From assembly GCA_903827265.1 (NCBI GenBank), contig CAIKHN010000032.1, positions 1 through 40,949 of the forward strand: a stretch of 40,949 nucleotides of DNA, written 5' to 3'. The position numbers and the translations under genes are program-made. The notes under the pieces were generated by a model. The model worked only from the letters and a program-made list of their open reading frames with translations, ran no database searches and had not been told where the DNA came from. Of the stretch, positions 26,529 to 35,479 are shown piece by piece (position 1 is the first letter of the stretch; every line of letters begins with the position of its first letter). The stretch is from Candidatus Uhrbacteria bacterium. GTDB lineage: Bacteria > Patescibacteriota > Patescibacteriia > UBA9934.

Positions 26529-27770
26529 ATGGACAAACAGATGCTCAAACAACACTTTCCTTCACTTTTGGTCGGATTTATTGGCGCGGTGTTTTGCCAG
26601 ATTGTGCTTGTCGCGGTCGGGTTCGGCCTCCTGTTCCATTCACCACTCAAGGATTCGCTTCGCGATCGACTTCAGTCGATTATCGATCGTGTCGTCACCG
26701 AAAAGAATCTTACGGATTCTGCAGGGAACCATTCGGATGTTATTGACGTTGTTGATGCAGCGAATCCTGCGGTGGTTTCGATTGTGATTACCAAAGACGT
26801 TCCAAAAATGGAACAGATTCTTAACGAGGACGGTCAGTCAAATCCATTTGGCGCGTTTGGATTCTCGTTCCCGCAGTATCGGCAAAATGGAACTGAGGAA
26901 AAGGAAATTGGTGGCGGAAGCGGATTTATTGTGTCTGACGACGGATATATTGTGACGAACGCGCATGTGGTGAGTGACAAAGATGCGAAGTACACCGTGT
27001 TGTTAAATGACGAAAGCAAACACGACGCGACGGTGGTCGCCGCTGACAGCACGCTCGACGTTGCGGTACTAAAGATTGATGCATCGGATCTTTCATATTT
27101 GGAGTTTGGCGACTCTGACACCGTAAAAGTTGGACAATCCGTCGTTGCTATTGGAAACGCGCTTGGACAATTCCGTAACACGGTTTCGGTTGGGGTGATT
27201 TCTGGACTTTCGCGATCGATTACCGCAGGAAGCAACGGTGGATCTGAGCAGCTTTCAGATGTGTTGCAAACAGATGCTGCGATTAATCCGGGAAATTCCG
27301 GTGGCCCACTCCTTGATTTGTCTGGGCATGTTATTGGCGTGAATGTCGCGACAAGTAGTGGGGGAGAGAATATTTCATTCTCGTTGCCAAGTAATTTAGT
27401 GAAATCGACCGTTGACTCGATCCGTAAGAACGGACGGGTTGTTCAGGCGTACCTTGGCGTGCGGTATGTTGTACTTGATGCAGAGTACGCAAAGGCGAAT
27501 AACCTTTCCGTGAATGAAGGCGCGCTCGTGATTCGTGGAAGCGATGGGAAAACACTTGCGGTGGTGCCAGGTTCGCCGGCAGACAAAGCAGGAATCGAGG
27601 AAAATGACATTATTACCGAGGTCGATGGTGTGAAGCTCGATAGCGTGCATCCTCTTGCAACGGTATTACGACAAAAAGCCGTTGGCGACACAGTGACGTT
27701 AAAAATTATCCACGATGGTGCAGAAAAGACTGTTACCGCAACGCTTGAGGAGCGTCCGTCTGAGGACTAG
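26529..27770 (+). CDS. htrA: HtrA/DegP-family serine protease with one PDZ domain
   Basis: GSGFIV, TNAHVV and QTDAAINPGNSGGPL, with a C-terminal PDZ domain and N-terminal TM segment. Confidence 0.93.
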   Translation: MDKQMLKQHFPSLLVGFIGAVFCQIVLVAVGFGLLFHSPLKDSLRDRLQSIIDRVVTEKNLTDSAGNHSDVIDVVDAANPAVVSIVITKDVPKMEQILNEDGQSNPFGAFGFSFPQYRQNGTEEKEIGGGSGFIVSDDGYIVTNAHVVSDKDAKYTVLLNDESKHDATVVAADSTLDVAVLKIDASDLSYLEFGDSDTVKVGQSVVAIGNALGQFRNTVSVGVISGLSRSITAGSNGGSEQLSDVLQTDAAINPGNSGGPLLDLSGHVIGVNVATSSGGENISFSLPSNLVKSTVDSIRKNGRVVQAYLGVRYVVLDAEYAKANNLSVNEGALVIRGSDGKTLAVVPGSPADKAGIEENDIITEVDGVKLDSVHPLATVLRQKAVGDTVTLKIIHDGAEKTVTATLEERPSED

Positions 27771-27803
27771 CGATTTTGAGAGAATGGCGTATGCTGAATG
27801 CAT

Positions 27804-28694
27804 ATGAAACATCCATTCTCGCTTGCATTAACAGCTCTTGTTGCGCTTCTTGGTGTGGTTCTGGTTGGAATGTTCGTGTTCCGTGCCATGAACGGTGCGG
27901 TGATCCCGCCAGACTGGAGAAATGACGATGATACGACTGACGGCGGAGGCGATACAGATTCTTCAGACGACGGTTCTGATGCATCGCCAACCGCGACGTC
28001 AACGTCGGGAAACATGATCGTGACGAGTCCGTCTGCAGATGAAGTCATTGGTTTGCCCCTTGTTATTAAGGGAAGCGCTCGAGTGTTTGAGAGCACGTTC
28101 AATTATCGATTACTCGATAGTAACGGAACCGTTCTTGCAGAAGGCAATGCGATGACTGGAGCGCCAGATGTTGGAGTGTTTGGAGATTTTACCGTCACCA
28201 CAAGCTACACTACTCCAACAGGAACTGCTGGAACGCTCGAAGTTTTTGATTACAGCGCAAAGGATGGTGCAGTGATCGATCTCGTTACGTTGCCAGTGAA
28301 ATTCCCAACAATGGAGTCGATGGTGGTGAAGACGTATTGGACGAATACGGAAACGAGTGGGCTATGTAGTTCGGTGACCGCAACAGAACGCCGTATCGCA
28401 AAATCAGTTGCAGTCGGATACGCGGCGTTGACTGAGCTTCTTGCCGGTCCAAATACTCCAGAATCATCGGCGCAGCTCTCCACAAGTATTCCGTCGTTTG
28501 TTTTTATAAAGAGCTTAACGATTAACGACGGCGTTGCGAAGGTAGAATTCTCAAAGTCCCTCGAAACTGGCGGCTCGTGCCGCGTGGGATCGATTCGTGC
28601 GCAGATCGAGTCAACACTGAAACAGTTCCCAACAGTGACTTCGGTGATTATCAGCACCGAAGGCCGCTCACCAGCTGAATCGCTGCAGCCGTAA
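27804..28694 (+). CDS. Membrane-anchored Gmad2 Ig-like plus GerMN domain protein
   Basis: TM segment, D/S/T linker, ARVFESTFNYRL, and ALTELLAGP...GGSCRVGSIRAQIESTLKQFPTV. Confidence 0.8.
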   Translation: MKHPFSLALTALVALLGVVLVGMFVFRAMNGAVIPPDWRNDDDTTDGGGDTDSSDDGSDASPTATSTSGNMIVTSPSADEVIGLPLVIKGSARVFESTFNYRLLDSNGTVLAEGNAMTGAPDVGVFGDFTVTTSYTTPTGTAGTLEVFDYSAKDGAVIDLVTLPVKFPTMESMVVKTYWTNTETSGLCSSVTATERRIAKSVAVGYAALTELLAGPNTPESSAQLSTSIPSFVFIKSLTINDGVAKVEFSKSLETGGSCRVGSIRAQIESTLKQFPTVTSVIISTEGRSPAESLQP

Positions 28695-28820
28695 AATGAC
28701 GAATATTCGCGAAAAATATTGTTTTTTGTTTGACGTTTTCCGTTTTTTGTGCTTGTATATGCCAGGCAGCGATGGCCACACGGCGTTGTTGTACAGGCTC
28801 TATCACCCTTCGGAGAGCAC

Positions 28821-29366
28821 ATGACGAGGAATCGTGTTAATGATGATGCCCGGATCCAGTCTTGCGGTCACTGTCTTCGCAACTGCACGACATATTGCAG
28901 GAACACCGAGGTGATCGACGAACAGGGGTCTGTCGTGATCGGTCAGCTGGTCGCCATGGGGGGCTACTACCTCCCGGGTGATGGCGTCAACGACGACCGC
29001 TTCCCGGGTCAGGTGATGCCGACGCACCTGCGCGGTGCTCGTGTCGACCTGTGCCCGCCATCCACAGCCACCAAACGGGTCCTGGAGATACTCAAAGAAA
29101 GGAAACGGCGGCCGGCGACGGTCGCGGAATTGCTCATGTACGTCGTTCGTGGGCCGGGGATCCAGCTCGGAATGCGTATCGTCGCTCTGGCGGAACCTTT
29201 CCCGTCGTCGCCAATTTCAGGAAACGAGACGGTAGAGGTCTTCCTGAACGGAGATCGTAGGAGGTGTGTGCAAACAACGCGTGCCTACACGACGTGGAAC
29301 GACAGCTCTGGCGTCTTTGAGCCAGCCGTTTATCACCAAGACGGCTTCCTCACGTTTCCGCTGTAA
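28821..29366 (+). CDS. Hypothetical protein, paralog of the ORF at 1-267
   Basis: GGAG 5 nt before ATG 28821; RRPATVAELLMY, RIVAL and terminal FLTFPL; N-terminal Cys cluster. Confidence 0.7.
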   Translation: MTRNRVNDDARIQSCGHCLRNCTTYCRNTEVIDEQGSVVIGQLVAMGGYYLPGDGVNDDRFPGQVMPTHLRGARVDLCPPSTATKRVLEILKERKRRPATVAELLMYVVRGPGIQLGMRIVALAEPFPSSPISGNETVEVFLNGDRRRCVQTTRAYTTWNDSSGVFEPAVYHQDGFLTFPL

Positions 29367-29474
29367 TCAGTCGATGTTTCTGCGAACTTCGTACGCGGCC
29401 CCGTTTATTCTTCATGAATGGCGGGGCTTTGGCGTTTAGTACCTTTAGTTCCGACGGAGGCCTCTCGCTTTATT

Positions 29475-29510
29475 ACAAAAAACTCCCCGATTGCTCGGGG
29501 AGTTTTTGGT
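29475..29510 (-). terminator. Terminator for the HU gene
   Basis: AAAAACTCCCCGA-ttgc-TCGGGGAGTTTTT. Confidence 0.8.
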
Positions 29511-29517
29511 GCAATGC

Positions 29518-29805
29518 TTAGAGCAATGCTTCCTTTGCTGCCTTTGAAACGCCGAACTTGAGAACGGTGCGTGCTGGGATCTTGATTGTTGCGCCAGTTG
29601 CTGGGTTGCGGCCCATGCGTGCTGCACGGTTCTTCTTTACCATCTTTCCGAGTCCTGGGAATGCAACTTCGCCAGCGCGCTTGATTTCTCCGTAGATCAT
29701 TGCAACGAAGCTGTCGTACATTTCTCCAGCCTGCTTCTTGGAAACTCCCCATCGCTCTGAGAGTTCTGCCATGATCTGTGACTTGGTCAATCGCTTTGCT
29801 GCCAT
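29518..29805 (-). CDS. hup: HU family DNA-binding protein
   Basis: LTKSQ..., GEVAFPGLGK and RAARMGRNPATGATIKIPA. Confidence 0.95.
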   Translation of the reverse strand: MAAKRLTKSQIMAELSERWGVSKKQAGEMYDSFVAMIYGEIKRAGEVAFPGLGKMVKKNRAARMGRNPATGATIKIPARTVLKFGVSKAAKEALL

Positions 29806-29973
29806 ATATCTCGCGGGCCATCTCATCCGAATGAGCCAACCCGAATTAGAAATAATGAATTACGTCGGAAAGCTTAGCAATATTCGAAGATCCTCGAAAG
29901 CGGTTTATTCACAGGCTAATAATGGTTGCGCGAATGTTCAGTTTGGTCTATGAAGGAGATACGAATTTGTTGT

Positions 29974-31182
29974 ATGTCCTTTTTGCATCTTTGGCGGCGT
30001 GAAAAATGGAGGTTTACCGTGATTGTTGTTGCATTAAGCTGCACAGCAATCGGATCGATGTATTTCTGGTATCGCGCCGTACCACTGTCAGTTTCTGCGG
30101 TTGCGCCGCGAGTCGATAGCGCTGTTGATGCGGTACTTGCTGCGCGAAGAGCAACAACGCTTGAAAGCGCCGACGCGCCATTTGGAGACGATCGCACCGT
30201 CAATATTCTTGTTCTCGGACTTGATTCACGAAAGGAAGGTATTGAGCAGCACTGTGACTCCATTCACATGGTATCGGTGAATACGGCAGATTGGACGGTG
30301 CTTGTTACGAGTGTTCCGCGAGGAACGTATGCATACATTCCGCCGGGAACGTATGCTGAAAACGAATACTATTTGGCCAACGCGTGTGCATTTGCGGGGC
30401 TGGATTACGGAATTGAACAAATTGAACACATCGTTGGGGTGAAGTCAGACTACGTGGTGACAGCGGGATTTTCTCAAGTGCTCGGTATTTTGCGGACGCT
30501 TGAGTTCCCAACGACGGAAGGATTGCAATGGTTGCGCGCGCGACAAAGCTACAGCATCGGCGATCCACAACGAAGCGAGAATCAAGCAGTCTTCTTGAAG
30601 GACGTTGCTTTAAAGTTGCTGAATGGTGACGGCCTGCCGAATATTCTTTTTCATTTGTTGTACTCGTTTGTTGACACGGACATGAGTGAGAGCACCGCAA
30701 AAGCGCTGTACGACGGTTTGCTTGTTCATCATATTGCTGATCGTCCGGGTGATATTGCGCTTACCATGAAGCCACATTACGACGTGACGGAGTTACATTT
30801 CGATCCAGCAAATGCAAGCAAACAAATCGACGATCTTCTCGCGAGGCTCCAGGGCCGGTTGTCGCGATTCGATTTGTCCGGGAGAACAATTGAAGACGTC
30901 CAGCGTGATCTTGTGACGTATCTTGATGCGGTGCTTGCGGGAACCGAAGGGTCGGTTACCGATGTCGTCGATCAACAGTTGTGGCTGCAGGTTGAGGATG
31001 AAGGCGAGCGACAGTCGATGCAGTATCGATTTACTGAATCGTACGCAAAGACGTTAAATGCGACAGACCATGATGCCGCGGTGCAATACGTCGCAGATTA
31101 TATTTTGGAACAACAAACGTTCGGATCGCTGGTGTGGGAAACGAAAGGCCGGGCGTTGCTCGAGACTTTGTTGCAATATTAG
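29974..31182 (+). CDS. LCP (LytR-CpsA-Psr) family protein with C-terminal extension
   Basis: TM segment, VNILVLGLDSR, DSIHMVSVN, SVPRG and WLRAR...GDPQRSENQ. Start uncertain (29950 or 29974). Confidence 0.75.
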   Translation: MSFLHLWRREKWRFTVIVVALSCTAIGSMYFWYRAVPLSVSAVAPRVDSAVDAVLAARRATTLESADAPFGDDRTVNILVLGLDSRKEGIEQHCDSIHMVSVNTADWTVLVTSVPRGTYAYIPPGTYAENEYYLANACAFAGLDYGIEQIEHIVGVKSDYVVTAGFSQVLGILRTLEFPTTEGLQWLRARQSYSIGDPQRSENQAVFLKDVALKLLNGDGLPNILFHLLYSFVDTDMSESTAKALYDGLLVHHIADRPGDIALTMKPHYDVTELHFDPANASKQIDDLLARLQGRLSRFDLSGRTIEDVQRDLVTYLDAVLAGTEGSVTDVVDQQLWLQVEDEGERQSMQYRFTESYAKTLNATDHDAAVQYVADYILEQQTFGSLVWETKGRALLETLLQY

Positions 31183-31778
31183 GCTTTCGATCGTCCAGTC
31201 ATGGCGCTCGCGAGAGTTACTTCATCTGCGTACTCAATGTCGGCGCCCATTGGGAGGCCGCGAGCAAGTCGAGTTGTCGACTTTCCAAAGCTGGAAAGCT
31301 GACGTTGTAAATACATGATGGTGGTTTCGCCGTGAACGTCGGGGGAGAATGCGAGAATGAATTCGGCGATGGTTGGAGAGTTTTTCACGTGGTCGAGCAG
31401 TGGTTTGACGTTGAGCATTTCTGGCGTGCGGCCGTCGATAGGATTCAGCGTGCCGCCAAGGACGAAATAGCGGCCTTTGTATACGCTCGTTGCTTCGATA
31501 GTAGAAATATCTCGCGCCTCAGCAACGATACAGAGTTTTGTGACATCGCGATTTGGATCTGCACAAATTTCGCACAAGTCTTTTTCAGCAAACGTGAAGC
31601 AGGTTTGGCAGAGGGTGATATTGCCAAGGTCGACAATTGCGCGGCCAATGCTCGCGAGTTCAAGTTTGCTGAAATGGAGAAGCGCGAACGCGTAACGAAG
31701 TGCGGTTTTCGGCCCCACTCCCGGTAATCGGCCCAACGCGGCCGCAGCATTATGAATAGGAGTAGGGAATCGTCGCAT
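31179..31778 (-). CDS. recR: Recombination protein RecR
   Basis: LPGVGPKTALR, C4 zinc finger, YFVLGG and RLARGLPMGADIEYADEVTL. Confidence 0.97.
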   Translation of the reverse strand: MRRFPTPIHNAAAALGRLPGVGPKTALRYAFALLHFSKLELASIGRAIVDLGNITLCQTCFTFAEKDLCEICADPNRDVTKLCIVAEARDISTIEATSVYKGRYFVLGGTLNPIDGRTPEMLNVKPLLDHVKNSPTIAEFILAFSPDVHGETTIMYLQRQLSSFGKSTTRLARGLPMGADIEYADEVTLASAMTGRSKA

Positions 31779-31781
31779 GTG

Positions 31782-32075
31782 CTAGAGTCCGAGATTCTTA
31801 AACGCATCTAACCCGCCCATCTCTTTCATTTTTTTCATGAGCTCAACCTGAAGCTTGCTATTCACATCATTGAGCGCTTCTTTTACGCCAGTTTCGATTT
31901 CTGAATGATTCAGCGATTCATCGACTTTTACACCGAGCGTTTCGTGGCTGCCGTTGACGGTGATCATCACTTTTCCGCGAGCACCCATTCCAACAATAAC
32001 GACTTCATCGAGCATCGCTTTCATCATCTTGCTCTGGTCGCGCATGTCCTTAATCTGTTTGATTTTGTTGAACAT
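31782..32075 (-). CDS. ybaB: YbaB/EbfC nucleoid-associated protein
   Basis: MFNKIKQIKDMR...GKVMITVNG, immediately upstream of recR. Start at ATG 32075. Confidence 0.85.
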   Translation of the reverse strand: MFNKIKQIKDMRDQSKMMKAMLDEVVIVGMGARGKVMITVNGSHETLGVKVDESLNHSEIETGVKEALNDVNSKLQVELMKKMKEMGGLDAFKNLGL

Positions 32076-32109
32076 AGGAATATGAGAATTAAGAAATGAA
32101 ATATGTATC

Positions 32110-32286
32110 GCGAGCGCCAGTGACGAGGGTGCATGTTTCGCAACGAGCCGCACAGTCGTCCAGCCACAGTCGAGCAGCGCGAGACGTCGTGGCGTGACGA
32201 TCGTTGCGGCAAGTGAAGAAGCATGTACCCGAGTCACCAGCGAGCGATTGAGAATTGACTGGATCCCCGCATGCGCGAGGATGACT
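32110..32286 (+). repeat. Intergenic structured repeat, copy B
   Basis: Near-identical to 18615-18772, with an extra imperfect 14-bp tandem duplication (CACAGTCGTCCAGC CACAGTCGAGCAGC). Confidence 0.9.
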
Positions 32287-32321
32287 GAATGGGATTTGGT
32301 ACGCTCCGAATAGTACCAACC

Positions 32322-33788
32322 TTAATGCTTCGGTGGAAGTCCGTAGCCTTTGGGTGGAATACCCGGGGGCAAGCCGACGTTGTTTGGTTTTGGTTCGTTG
32401 GACTGGCCGTCGTTTTGCGGCGTAGCTTGCATCATTGGTGCACGATTTTCCAGGTTCTTAAACGACGCATGCGTTGCGTCCCAGAAGAGCGGCACCATGC
32501 CGGTTGGGCCGTTACGATGTTTTGCGATATGCACTTCGGCTTTGGTTTTTTCTTCAGGCGTGAGTTCTTCCGGCTGATAGTTTCTGTCGGCGGCCTTGCG
32601 GTATAAGAACATCACGACGTCGGCGTCCTGCTCAATGCTTCCTGAGTCACGAAGGTGAGCGAGTTTTGGAATGGCAGGTTTTGTCATTTCCACTGCACGA
32701 GAAAGCTGTGCGAGCGCAAGCACTGGAACGTTCAATTCACGAGCGATCTGTTTTAATCCACGAGAGATTTCTGCGACTTCTTGCACGCGGTTATCTGTTT
32801 TCTTTCGTGCTTCCATGAGCTGTAAGTAGTCGATAACAATCATGGAAAGGCCATGTTCGCTCTGGAGTCGTCGTGCTTTCGTACGAATACTCATGATGGT
32901 TGCAACCGGCGAGTCGTCAATAAAGATTGGCGCTTCTGACAGTTTGCCGAGCGCTTCGCCAATGCGAGGGAAGTCGTCGGCGCTTTCGCTTAACCGACCA
33001 GTACGAAGTTTCCACAAATCCACGTTCGCCTCGGCGGAAATCATACGATCAACCAACTGTTCTTTACTCATTTCAAGACTAAAGAATCCAACAGGTTTTC
33101 CGGTGCGAAGCGCTACGTTACGAATAATGTCCATGGCGAATGACGTCTTTCCAACGGAAGGTCGGGCGGCAAGAATGATGAGGTCGGAGTTTTGCAGTCC
33201 TGCAAGCAAGTTATCGATGCCGAAAAATCCTGTTGCAACGCCGCGGAGCTTGCCTTTTTCTTTGTGTAACTCGTCGATACGATCGAACGCTTCGGTAAGT
33301 AACGTGTGAAGTGGCGTGAACGATTGTTTGATGAAGTTTTGCGAAACGTTAAAAAGTCGGCGTTCAGCCTCGTCCAGCAACACGTCGACGTCTTGTGATT
33401 CGTCAAAACCAAGTTCAGTAATTTCGCTTGCGGCAGAAAGAAGGCGCCGTAACGCAGCTTTTTTTGCAATGATTTCGGCGTGATGCGCAACATGCGCTGC
33501 AGTCGTGGTGACGTTGGTGAGTTCAACAAGCGCGGTGCGTCCGCCGATTTGTTTGAGAACACCTTTTTCTTCGAGGCGGTTGCCGAGTGTTAAGACGTCG
33601 ATCGGCTCGTGCCTATCCACGAGCTCGAGCATGACTTCATACAGAATGCGATGTGAATCCTTATAAAAATCTTCAGATCGTAATGCGTCGCCGATTTTTA
33701 ACAGCACGTCCTGATCAAGCAAAAGCGCGCCAAGGAGCGAACGCTCGGCTTCAAGATTGTGAGGAGGAATTCGCCCGACGTCGGTCAT
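32322..33788 (-). CDS. dnaB: Replicative DNA helicase
   Basis: PPHNLEAERSLLG, AARPSVGKT, FSLEMS, IDYLQLM and LRDSGSIEQDAD. Confidence 0.98.
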   Translation of the reverse strand: MTDVGRIPPHNLEAERSLLGALLLDQDVLLKIGDALRSEDFYKDSHRILYEVMLELVDRHEPIDVLTLGNRLEEKGVLKQIGGRTALVELTNVTTTAAHVAHHAEIIAKKAALRRLLSAASEITELGFDESQDVDVLLDEAERRLFNVSQNFIKQSFTPLHTLLTEAFDRIDELHKEKGKLRGVATGFFGIDNLLAGLQNSDLIILAARPSVGKTSFAMDIIRNVALRTGKPVGFFSLEMSKEQLVDRMISAEANVDLWKLRTGRLSESADDFPRIGEALGKLSEAPIFIDDSPVATIMSIRTKARRLQSEHGLSMIVIDYLQLMEARKKTDNRVQEVAEISRGLKQIARELNVPVLALAQLSRAVEMTKPAIPKLAHLRDSGSIEQDADVVMFLYRKAADRNYQPEELTPEEKTKAEVHIAKHRNGPTGMVPLFWDATHASFKNLENRAPMMQATPQNDGQSNEPKPNNVGLPPGIPPKGYGLPPKH

Positions 33789-33880
33789 ATGCAAAGCATA
33801 GTAACCGACATTGTCGGCTACTCAAAAGCGTAAACGTGCGTAAGATGTTGAGAAGCTGTGCATGATACAATTATTGCGCT

Positions 33881-35011
33881 ATGAAATCTGATTCATCTCG
33901 CATTTGGAGCGCGACTCGACCGTTGATCGGCACCATGATTGGTGTGGGAATATTGGGTTTGCCGTATGCTATTGCACAAGTCGGCATTATCGTTGGACTA
34001 ATCGAGCTTCTCCTGGCTGCTTTTGTGAGTTATGTCGTTTTGCGACTGTACGGCGACTTGGTGCTCGTTCGTGGTGGAAAGGCGCGTTTTATTCAGGTGA
34101 TCGGCAATGAACTTGGTCATTTTGGAACTGGCGTTGCCGCAACGGCGTATCTCGGTTCGCTTTTTGGCGCATTGCTTGCATTTATTTTGTTTGGCGGCCA
34201 GTTTTTGCGCGTTGTGTTGTTTGATCTGATTCCAATGACGATAACGACGGCGAGTGCGGTGTTTTTTCTCGTTGCTTCCTTCTGTACGATCGGCGGCTCG
34301 CTCTTTGTCGCTCGCGCGCAGAAAATTCTTATACCGCTTTTTATTGGCTTGATTGCGCTCCTTATGGTTGTTGCGGCGCCGCACATGACAGTGGCGCATC
34401 TTTTTGCATCGACGACGGAGAATTTTGGCGTTTCCCTTGGCGTGATGCTTTTTGCATTTCATGGAATGTCGGCATTGCCAGAGATGCGCGATGTTTTGGG
34501 GAGGCAATCGATTGCTCTTCCAAAATCAATCATACGAGCGTTGTGCGTTGTACTGTTGGTATACGCGGTATTCAGTATTGGAATCCTTGCTGTGACCGGT
34601 TCTGCAACGACAGAGAATGCGATTCTCGGCCTTTCGACCATCGGAAAAAGCCTCGTTCTTCTTGCAAGTGGAATCGCGCTTATCACGACATTTAATGCGT
34701 ATACCAACGTCGCGACGCAACTGACGAACACATTTCTTTATGATTTACGCATGCGCTTCGTTCCGGCGTGGTTGTTGACTGCAATCATTCCTTTTGTGCT
34801 TTTTCTTGCAGGCGCACAACACATTTCGTCTGTGCTCTCGATCACTGGTGGAGTTCTCGGCTCTCTGACAGCAATCATGATGCTTGTCGCTTATGAGCGT
34901 GCTCGTGTGAGTGCAGAGCTTCCAAAAAATTCGCTCCAGATTTCACAGTGGGCGGTTGGTTTTACATTTTTGGTATTTGTTGGAGTAATGCTGATGACGG
35001 TGATTGGATAA
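33881..35011 (+). CDS. Amino acid permease (aromatic amino acid/HAAAP-like)
   Basis: IGTMIGVGILGLPY and about 11 hydrophobic segments. Confidence 0.85.
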   Translation: MKSDSSRIWSATRPLIGTMIGVGILGLPYAIAQVGIIVGLIELLLAAFVSYVVLRLYGDLVLVRGGKARFIQVIGNELGHFGTGVAATAYLGSLFGALLAFILFGGQFLRVVLFDLIPMTITTASAVFFLVASFCTIGGSLFVARAQKILIPLFIGLIALLMVVAAPHMTVAHLFASTTENFGVSLGVMLFAFHGMSALPEMRDVLGRQSIALPKSIIRALCVVLLVYAVFSIGILAVTGSATTENAILGLSTIGKSLVLLASGIALITTFNAYTNVATQLTNTFLYDLRMRFVPAWLLTAIIPFVLFLAGAQHISSVLSITGGVLGSLTAIMMLVAYERARVSAELPKNSLQISQWAVGFTFLVFVGVMLMTVIG

Positions 35012-35070
35012 AACCTCTCCTGATGCCTGATCTGATTTCTTTGATGGGTTGGGGGGGTCGGAACTAAGGC

Positions 35071-35103
35071 ACTCCCCCTTACCAAGGGGGAGTAGGAGGG
35101 GGT
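35071..35103 (+). repeat. REP-like palindrome, intergenic copy
   Basis: CTCCCCC-TTACCAA-GGGGGAG-TA-GGAGGGGG. Confidence 0.7.
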
Positions 35104-35479
35104 GGAGCCGTGGGAATCGGAGGCTGATTCGGCCGGGTCGACCACCCTCATTTTTAGAGAGACATGTCGTTTTTTGGCCTTTTAAAACTTCGCATCACAT
35201 TGCGATCTCAACCGAAAATCGACGAATCATCACTTCAAACTCGAAAACACTTCATCGTCGACTGCACACAGCGCTATCGCCAACCTCGCAGATCGCCAAT
35301 ATCGACCACCGTTTTCTTAATGCAAATGAGTTGCGTTAACAAAGTACCCTGTTTGAAATCGAATACCCCTGCTCTCCGACATATCATTTTTCGCATCAGT
35401 CCTTCCGGCTCCCGTCACAACCTTCCAAGAATCCGGCAGACCAGTTTCAGTTTTTCGTGTATTCTGCTAATATTTCCAA

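Noticed and set aside
27804-28694. Sporulation capacity from the Gmad2/GerMN protein
   Set aside because: These domains are widespread in non-sporulating bacteria, and no other sporulation genes are present.
32076-32237. 54-aa N-terminal extension of YbaB in the ORF track
   Set aside because: It is a read-through of repeat copy B; the family-like sequence begins at ATG 32075.
18615-32286. CRISPR array
   Set aside because: The repeats are dispersed kilobases apart, with no repeat-spacer periodicity and no cas genes.
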